Positions 58,667 through 64,000 of a stretch of DNA of 64,000 nucleotides are shown piece after piece. The stretch comes from Aquiluna sp. (lineage in GTDB: Bacteria; Actinomycetota; Actinomycetes; Actinomycetales; Microbacteriaceae). The notes under the pieces were generated by a model. That model made no database searches and was not told where the DNA came from. It saw nothing but the letters and a program-made list of their open reading frames with translations. Every line of letters begins with the position of its first letter. Position 1 is the first letter of the stretch. The position numbers were made by a program, and so were the translations under genes. The stretch is from the NCBI GenBank assembly GCA_018402685.1, contig JAGYIJ010000003.1, forward strand, positions 49,968 to 113,967, in the 5' to 3' direction.

Positions 58667-59395
58667 ATGGAAAAGAAGAATTTGGCAGGTGCGCTAATCG
58701 CGTCTCTGTCCCTACCGCTTATGTTGGCAACGTTTAGCGTGCCACTAGCGAATGCCGCGGGGGTTTCATCCTCAGTAGCAACCGTCGACAACTGCAAATG
58801 GGTTATGGCGAACATCCCGGGTTCTTTCGCTATGACTTCCTCTGGGGACGCAAAGTACGACGGTGACGCGCTCACTGTCTCCGCTTCCCTATTAGGGCCA
58901 ACCCTGGGTCTCAGTGGTTCCACCTCAACCGTCGCAACTTCTGCGGAAAGCAGCACTGAGTGCAGCTTCTACAACAGAGTTCTCAATGCCTCACTGTCTG
59001 CAACGCTGGACACCGTGTCTTTCGTAGCAAGCTACGAGAAGGCTGACGGCACCACTGAATCCGACATCGCCATGAACTTCTCTCTTGAAGCTGGCTTACC
59101 ACTGGTGATCACCCCAGACATTTCAGCTTGTACTGTTCCGTCGGGTTGGACATCATCAACAATCAGCTTCACTGCTTCCTCATCTGAGCAGTTGATTGCA
59201 TTCACTAGCAGTACGGACGGCTATGATGCAGGCGATGCACCCCGCTGTGATCCTCCAGGAACCATTGAAGTGCAGATCCCGCAGCGCACCTCAGTGCCTG
59301 AAGGAGCGGGTAGCGACTACTCGTTCACTGGTCCAACCATCACATTCTCGAGCACTCCTAGCAACAACTACGACTACGTTGCCGGAACCGAGTAA
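58667..59395 (+). CDS. Secreted four-Cys WxL-like surface protein, paralog 3 (divergent)
   Basis: 242 aa. Signal peptide (..ANA/AG). CKWVMANIP, CSFYN, RCDPPGTIEVQI, DYSFTGPTITF. Same Cys pattern as paralogs 1 and 2. Confidence 0.8.
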   Translation: MEKKNLAGALIASLSLPLMLATFSVPLANAAGVSSSVATVDNCKWVMANIPGSFAMTSSGDAKYDGDALTVSASLLGPTLGLSGSTSTVATSAESSTECSFYNRVLNASLSATLDTVSFVASYEKADGTTESDIAMNFSLEAGLPLVITPDISACTVPSGWTSSTISFTASSSEQLIAFTSSTDGYDAGDAPRCDPPGTIEVQIPQRTSVPEGAGSDYSFTGPTITFSSTPSNNYDYVAGTE

Positions 59396-59416
59396 CTAAA
59401 CAGCGAATCAGAAACC

Positions 59417-59455
59417 CCTACCCCAGGGCAGCCCAATCAGCTGCCCTGGGGTAGG
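59417..59455 (+). promoter_or_regulatory. Perfect 16-bp stem / 7-nt loop hairpin between paralog 3 and the anchor gene
   Basis: CCTACCCCAGGGCAGC-CCAATCA-GCTGCCCTGGGGTAGG. No T-tract follows. The last stem base is the G of the GTG start at 59455. Confidence 0.55.
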
Positions 59456-61008
59456 TGTTAGTAAGGAAAATCATCAGGCGCCTACTGGCCGCAGCACTAG
59501 CGATTGTCGCAATGACCTTCGCGATTACACCTGTTGCGTCAGCGAGCGGCCTAGGTATTTTCATTTCATTTGGTCAATCCGGGGAGACGGACGCCGAAGC
59601 CAGTGGACGTATCTGGGGTGGTGGTGAGGCTGGCACCAGCTTTACCCGCACGATGGTGATCGAGAGCCTTAGCTCCGACACCGATCAAGCAATCACTTTT
59701 GAGATCAATGACCAGGTCACTGAAAACGAAACATCGTTCATAGATTTCAGCACCCCGAGCCGAATCACAGATTGGGTACTCTTTGAACCTGCTGCGCCAG
59801 TATTGAGGCCCGGTGAAAGAGTTGAGGTCACAATAACCTTCAACATCCCTCCCGGCACCAACGACGGCGCCTTCAACGCAAACATAAGGACCTTCAGCTC
59901 GGCGGCAGCCGAGGCTGACATGGCAGATTCAGATGCCGGAACCCAGGTTGTAATCGGGACGCGTCTTGCGATTGACGCCAAGGTCTGGCTGGGTGTTGGA
60001 GACGCCCTCGCATTGGCCCCGGTCTTTGACATCATCGGTGTAGACGGAGCGTTGATTGACGAGGATAAGTTCGTCAGAGTCTTCTTTGAAAACACCGGGA
60101 TATCACCAGTGCAGCCCTCAGGTCGAATGCAGCTGAGTGATCCGAACTTTGTCGACAGGGTCTTTGAGCCAGTTGACTTCTCAGTGCCTGAACTGCAGGG
60201 TGGCGAGATCCAATTTGTCGACATCCCGGTCCCGGCAGATCTAGAGGATGGTTTCTTCAGGGTATTCGTCACGGCCCAATCCGGCGAGGTCAGAATCACC
60301 AGACTGTTTGAAGCCAGCCTGGTCTTTGATGATCCAAACAAGCTTGCGATATCAGACTTAGCTATTCGCATAGCCGGCTTTGTAATTGCAGCCCTGGGGC
60401 TCGTGTTTGGCGTGAGGCTGATTCGAGGCAGTGGCCAAAAGGTAGCCAAAGAACCTAAAGAGCCTCGAGGTTCAAAACCAGCGAGAGCAAAGGCAATCAA
60501 ACTGCCTAGGAAGCTGCTCAAACTTAGAAGTGAGCCTGAGGCAACGAAGGCGGAAGATCCGATTGAGGCCATCCAGGCGGCAATAGCCAGGATGGAAAAG
60601 CAGTTCCAGGAACTCAACCAGGAGATTGCCACCACCAAGCCAACTCCTAGACGCAAGCCCACACCAAGACCAAAGGCTGCCCCAAAGCCAAAGACCTCTG
60701 CAGCACCTTCGGCCAAAAAGCCTGCATCGGCTCAGCCTGCCAAAAAGGCCCCGTCTAAAGAGGCGGTCTCAAGGGCTGCGGTTCAAAAGACCACTGCCGC
60801 CAGGCCAGCCTCAAGGCCCGCAGCCGCCAAGGCTGCCCCAGCTAGGCAAAAGCCCGCCCCGAGAAAGACATCGCCAGCGCCGGAGTCCAAGAAGGTTGCT
60901 CCTGCCCAAAAGCCGCCCGTGAAAAAGACTCCGGCTAAGCAAGCTGTTGCAAAGGCAGCGGTTCAAAAGACCACCGCCGGCAAAGCCGGCAGTGAGAAAG
61001 AAAACTAA
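59455..61008 (+). CDS. DUF916/DUF3324-like (WxL-cluster CscA-like) membrane-anchored surface protein with a 196-aa Lys/Pro/Ala-rich C-terminal tail
   Basis: 517 aa. Signal peptide (VASA/SG), about 270-aa ectodomain (..RITDWVLFEPAAPVLRPGERVEVTITFNIPPGTNDGAFNANI), one TM around aa 301-321, then a K/P/A-rich tail with an internal repeat AV(S/A)(R/K)AAVQKTTA. Family assigned from memory. Confidence 0.7.
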   Translation: MLVRKIIRRLLAAALAIVAMTFAITPVASASGLGIFISFGQSGETDAEASGRIWGGGEAGTSFTRTMVIESLSSDTDQAITFEINDQVTENETSFIDFSTPSRITDWVLFEPAAPVLRPGERVEVTITFNIPPGTNDGAFNANIRTFSSAAAEADMADSDAGTQVVIGTRLAIDAKVWLGVGDALALAPVFDIIGVDGALIDEDKFVRVFFENTGISPVQPSGRMQLSDPNFVDRVFEPVDFSVPELQGGEIQFVDIPVPADLEDGFFRVFVTAQSGEVRITRLFEASLVFDDPNKLAISDLAIRIAGFVIAALGLVFGVRLIRGSGQKVAKEPKEPRGSKPARAKAIKLPRKLLKLRSEPEATKAEDPIEAIQAAIARMEKQFQELNQEIATTKPTPRRKPTPRPKAAPKPKTSAAPSAKKPASAQPAKKAPSKEAVSRAAVQKTTAARPASRPAAAKAAPARQKPAPRKTSPAPESKKVAPAQKPPVKKTPAKQAVAKAAVQKTTAGKAGSEKEN

Positions 61009-62652
61009 CTAGGAGAGCTTCACCCGCAACAGTGAGCCTGAGCCGGTATTACTGAGCTCCCAATCATTTGATACCGAGTCAAAGTATGTCGAACCTAACC
61101 CCGGGACTCCGTCTCTTGGACCGGTGCCGTCATCTGCGACGGTGATCTCGGGGCCCTCCCCAATTGTCACTGAGATCCTCGATGCGAAGCCGTGGCGAAC
61201 GCCATTGGCGATTCCCTCGTTGATAACTTCCCTGACTTCCTCGAGCTGCTTTTGGCTAAGGGGTGTTGGGCTAATGGCAAAGGTGATCTGGGCCATGCCT
61301 CCCCAGTCTTTCTCCAGCCGCATGATCACCTCTTCGAGGCTGGTGACCTGCTGCCTGCCAAACTCTGCCAAGGACTCGTTTAGAACTCTTTCTATTTGGT
61401 CAATTTCCTCGCTGAGATCTGTATTATCCATTCGTGATTCGATGCGAGCGGCAACACCATTGAGCTTGGATTGCATGTGACCGTGCAGGAACTGAGCCAA
61501 TTGGCGATCCCGGAGTGCCAACTCTCGAATCCTTCTGAGCTCCTCAAGATCTGATTCATCTAAGAACTTCTCGAACTCTGTTTCCACCTTCTGCCCAAGC
61601 TCCAAAAACGCCTTTGCCATGCCGATACACATGGTGAGCTGGAAAAGCCATACGAGATTGGCAATCATGAAGCCAACATCATCACCAAGACTGCGGCCAT
61701 CGGAGAGGAAGGTTCCAAGCGCCACCTGAGAAAAGGCGATCAGAACCATCGAAGTGAGATAGACGCCCAGGGCACCCGCGGTGGTTTTGACTGGTATTGC
61801 TTTTGCCAATAACAGCCCTGCGATCAACAGCACTGACCTGACTAGCTGAATAAGCAAACCATCTTCGATACCAAACACTCTGACATTTGCAGTTAGAGAG
61901 GTGAGGGCCCAAAGTGGCACAACCCAGCCCACCGAATAGACGTGTCCTCGAATCGCAATCTTGGCCATTTGGGTGAGCTTGAAGCTGGGAAACTTCAAAG
62001 ACTCCCTGCGCCATATCTCCTGGCTCAGTGGACGTAGATCCGAATTCACAATGTCACGCAGCTCACCAACCAGCCCCTGCGAATCTAGCGATTTACCCGA
62101 CTGGGCAATCCTTTGCTTGGCATCTGTAACGAACCTCACCAAAGTTGCCGGGTAGCTCTCGCCACCAACACTGGCAACCTTCTCGCTAATCAGCGCCTCG
62201 CGCTGCTGAGCGCAGCGATAGCGCAGTGAACCGACCAGTGCAACCGCCGGCACCACAATCAAACCGCCAATAGCCGAAAACCCCAGACGCGCTATGAATT
62301 CGGGCAGGCTGTCGAAGGCATACCCAAAAAACACCAGTCCCACCCAGGTGAGAAAACCTTTGAGCACCCCGGCAGCAGCACCCCCAACCACTAGCGCTCC
62401 AAGGCTTATGCTCACCTCACGCTCTTGGGTCTTGAGGTATCGATCAAGAGCCACGAGAATGACGAAGATTGCGGCAACCGCTCCAATGTTGGCAAAGACA
62501 AGACCCAGCGTCCTACCGGTGTCTTCAAAACTGGTGGCTGTCAGGAAAGAGATTAGGACAATCGAAACGCCCAACAGGGCGAAGATCGAGTAGTCAAAAG
62601 CTCCAGAGGCAGCAAATCTTTGCCCGAAGAAGTCGCTAAGCCTCTTGAGCAT
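61009..62652 (-). CDS. Polytopic sensor histidine kinase (HisKA_3/NarX-DesK type)
   Basis: 547 aa. About 9-10 TM with no recognisable sensor domain. H-box RQLAQFLHGHMQSKL, N-box EGIANGVRHG, G-boxes DDGTGP and GLGS. Confidence 0.8.
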   Translation of the reverse strand: MLKRLSDFFGQRFAASGAFDYSIFALLGVSIVLISFLTATSFEDTGRTLGLVFANIGAVAAIFVILVALDRYLKTQEREVSISLGALVVGGAAAGVLKGFLTWVGLVFFGYAFDSLPEFIARLGFSAIGGLIVVPAVALVGSLRYRCAQQREALISEKVASVGGESYPATLVRFVTDAKQRIAQSGKSLDSQGLVGELRDIVNSDLRPLSQEIWRRESLKFPSFKLTQMAKIAIRGHVYSVGWVVPLWALTSLTANVRVFGIEDGLLIQLVRSVLLIAGLLLAKAIPVKTTAGALGVYLTSMVLIAFSQVALGTFLSDGRSLGDDVGFMIANLVWLFQLTMCIGMAKAFLELGQKVETEFEKFLDESDLEELRRIRELALRDRQLAQFLHGHMQSKLNGVAARIESRMDNTDLSEEIDQIERVLNESLAEFGRQQVTSLEEVIMRLEKDWGGMAQITFAISPTPLSQKQLEEVREVINEGIANGVRHGFASRISVTIGEGPEITVADDGTGPRDGVPGLGSTYFDSVSNDWELSNTGSGSLLRVKLS

Positions 62653-63283
62653 CTTGCATAACCCCCGTGGAGCGGAAGTAAACCCTGGCGATGTGAACCC
62701 TTTGGTTCACTGAGTTGCTATTGACAATCCCCAATGACTTAGCAACTCTCGAGATGGTTAGCTCGACCGACTTTTCCTTCACAAATCTTCTCTTTGCAAT
62801 CTCCGAGTTGGAAAGCCCTTCGGCGACCAACCGCAAAGTCTCTATTTGAACATCACTCAGCTTGCCAAAAGCTGAATTGTTCTCAGCCTCGCTGTTACCC
62901 ATGGCGGCGATAGCAGCATCGTTTACAGCACCTTTCAGCATCGTTAGGTTCTGCACGGATTTCTTAGTCAAATACACCGTGCCCTTCGGCACGGCAGGCA
63001 ACGAAGGGCCCAGGAGTCTTGGATCCTCAAAAGAGGTCAACACCACTATCCCTATCTTTGGATTCACCCTGCGGAGCTCCTTGGAAACATCTAAACCAGT
63101 GGCTCCCTTGCCCAAATGGAGATCTAGCATCGCGACCTGGGGCTTCACAGCTATTGCTCGCTCTAAAGCTTTACCGGGCTCGGCCTCCTCGGCGACAACG
63201 TCAAAACCAAAGTGCCTGAGGGCTCCGACAATGCTCAGTCTGGTGAAGGGGTCATCCTCCAAAACCAGCACTCTTAGCGACAT
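62636..63283 (-). CDS. NarL/FixJ (LuxR)-family response regulator
   Basis: 215 aa. REC (VLVLEDDP, AMLDLHL, VLTS) plus a LuxR HTH (LSDVQIETLRLVAEGLSNSEIAKRR). 17-nt overlap with the kinase gene. Confidence 0.9.
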   Translation of the reverse strand: MSLRVLVLEDDPFTRLSIVGALRHFGFDVVAEEAEPGKALERAIAVKPQVAMLDLHLGKGATGLDVSKELRRVNPKIGIVVLTSFEDPRLLGPSLPAVPKGTVYLTKKSVQNLTMLKGAVNDAAIAAMGNSEAENNSAFGKLSDVQIETLRLVAEGLSNSEIAKRRFVKEKSVELTISRVAKSLGIVNSNSVNQRVHIARVYFRSTGVMQDAQEA

Positions 63284-63446
63284 GTCTCAAGTCTCTCCCG
63301 TTGGGAGATAAAAAGACAGCTGATTGGATTTTCTGGGCAATCTCTTGAGGGGTTAGCCCCTCAAGCTCTGCCATAGGCCGCCAAGAATTAAAGCTGACAA
63401 AATCAAGTTCACCAGAATCGATGAGGTCTTGAATTGTTTGTTCCAT
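63252..63446 (-). CDS. Hypothetical 64-aa ORF (doubtful)
   Basis: Overlaps the regulator start by 32 nt and contains palindromic box D. No family recognised. Confidence 0.25.
   Translation of the reverse strand: MEQTIQDLIDSGELDFVSFNSWRPMAELEGLTPQEIAQKIQSAVFLSPNGRDLRHVAKSAGFGG
63345..63364. promoter_or_regulatory. Palindromic box D, TTGAGGGGTTAGCCCCTCAA (perfect 8-bp arms)
   Basis: 61 nt upstream of the response-regulator ATG at 63283. 18/20 identical to box C. Confidence 0.6.
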
Positions 63447-63449
63447 GGA

Positions 63450-64000
63450 CTACTCCCGGAGGTTGACCAAAGGTCTCGATTGGACGGTTCGAATAAACCC
63501 TGATTCTGCCTCCTTCCAATCTTTTGCGCTTAAGTTATTCACAGCCACCTCTTTGCCAATGATTTCGGTTGCTCTGAGCGACAAATCAAACGCCCCAGAC
63601 CGGTCAAAGTCCCCGACCAAAAGAACGTCAATGTCTCCAGGATCGACTCCTGGCACACCCTGATAACGCTCAGCCCAAGACCCATAGATAAAGGCTTCTT
63701 GAACACCGGCAAGCTCAGAAAACAAATCCCTTAGGACCTCAGCTGGGCCAAAGCTGTAGAGGACAATCTCGGAAAGAGCCGCAAACAACTGGTGATCCTG
63801 ATTGGCTCTCACGAGCTGCATGTTTCCAGCTGGACGAACAGTTACGAACTGAACCTGCTCGAGCCTGCGAATCTCGCGCAAAGCTGTAGGCAAAGATGTC
63901 CCAACCCGATTAGCCAAATCCGATACGGAGTACTCGAGATCTTTGTTGACCAGCAGAATCGCCAATATCCTTCCTTGCACATCACTGCGGAGGATTGGCA
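63450..64000 (-). CDS. Winged-helix (ArsR-like) plus MNT-type nucleotidyltransferase fusion protein (5' end probably beyond the window)
   Basis: wHTH (YSVSDLANRVGTSLPTALREIRRLEQ) and an NTase motif (IYGSWAERY...GDIDVLLVGD). The frame stays open upstream of the GTG at 63980 to the window edge (..PILRSDVQGRILAILL). Confidence 0.65.
   Translation of the reverse strand, partial: PILRSDVQGRILAILLVNKDLEYSVSDLANRVGTSLPTALREIRRLEQVQFVTVRPAGNMQLVRANQDHQLFAALSEIVLYSFGPAEVLRDLFSELAGVQEAFIYGSWAERYQGVPGVDPGDIDVLLVGDFDRSGAFDLSLRATEIIGKEVAVNNLSAKDWKEAESGFIRTVQSRPLVNLRE

Noticed and set aside
59685-60716. Long antisense ORF (343 aa) opposite the surface-anchor gene. Similar long antisense ORFs occur at 27330-28010, 28372-28839, 46842-47330, 53310-53780 and 16-357.
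   Set aside because: Each lies opposite a gene with clear family motifs. Their translations are low-complexity or Arg/Ser/Pro-rich, as expected from the reverse frame of GC-biased coding sequence.
60620-61000. Repetitive DNA in the K/P/A-tail region as a possible CRISPR or tandem-repeat locus
   Set aside because: It is in-frame coding sequence with only loose, irregular repeats. There is no repeat-spacer periodicity.

Overview
Compact chromosomal segment that looks actinobacterial (Microbacteriaceae-like, mid-GC by eye; GC not computed). The first ~23 kb, on the minus strand, matches the conserved actinobacterial block clpC1-lysS-panC-folK/B/P/E-ftsH-hpt-tilS, with ppa divergent. It is followed by a tRNA Glu-Asp-Phe cluster, transporters (EamA, LysE, MFS, a crcB pair), an aldehyde dehydrogenase/DUF779 unit, purine biosynthesis (purM, F, D, C, S, Q, L), glycine cleavage (gcvT, H, P) and histidine utilisation (hutH, I, U, G plus an IclR regulator). 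Seven type II toxin-antitoxin loci sit between these core genes. Four things stand out. (1) At 56.4-63.4 kb there is an accessory surface-protein locus: three paralogous secreted four-Cys proteins with WxL-like motifs, a DUF916/DUF3324-like membrane anchor with a long Lys/Pro/Ala-rich tail, and a convergent HisKA_3 kinase/LuxR response-regulator pair. A 20-bp palindromic box lies 61-86 nt upstream of each paralog and of the regulator operon. (2) A 14-mer containing a perfect DnaA box (AGTTATCCACAGAT) recurs upstream of TA operons, always in the operon's orientation. (3) DUF779 is tandemly duplicated (about 99% identical copies) and flanked by decayed Phd/RelE modules. (4) At least 17 single-nucleotide frameshifts break core genes (ftsH, purM/D/Q/L, gcvP, hutH/G and others) between 20.8 and 57.0 kb. 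I saw none in the genes outside that interval. This points to consensus indel errors rather than biology, but it needs checking. I found no rRNA, CRISPR array, transposase or integrase. All family calls come from reading the translations by eye; no searches were run.
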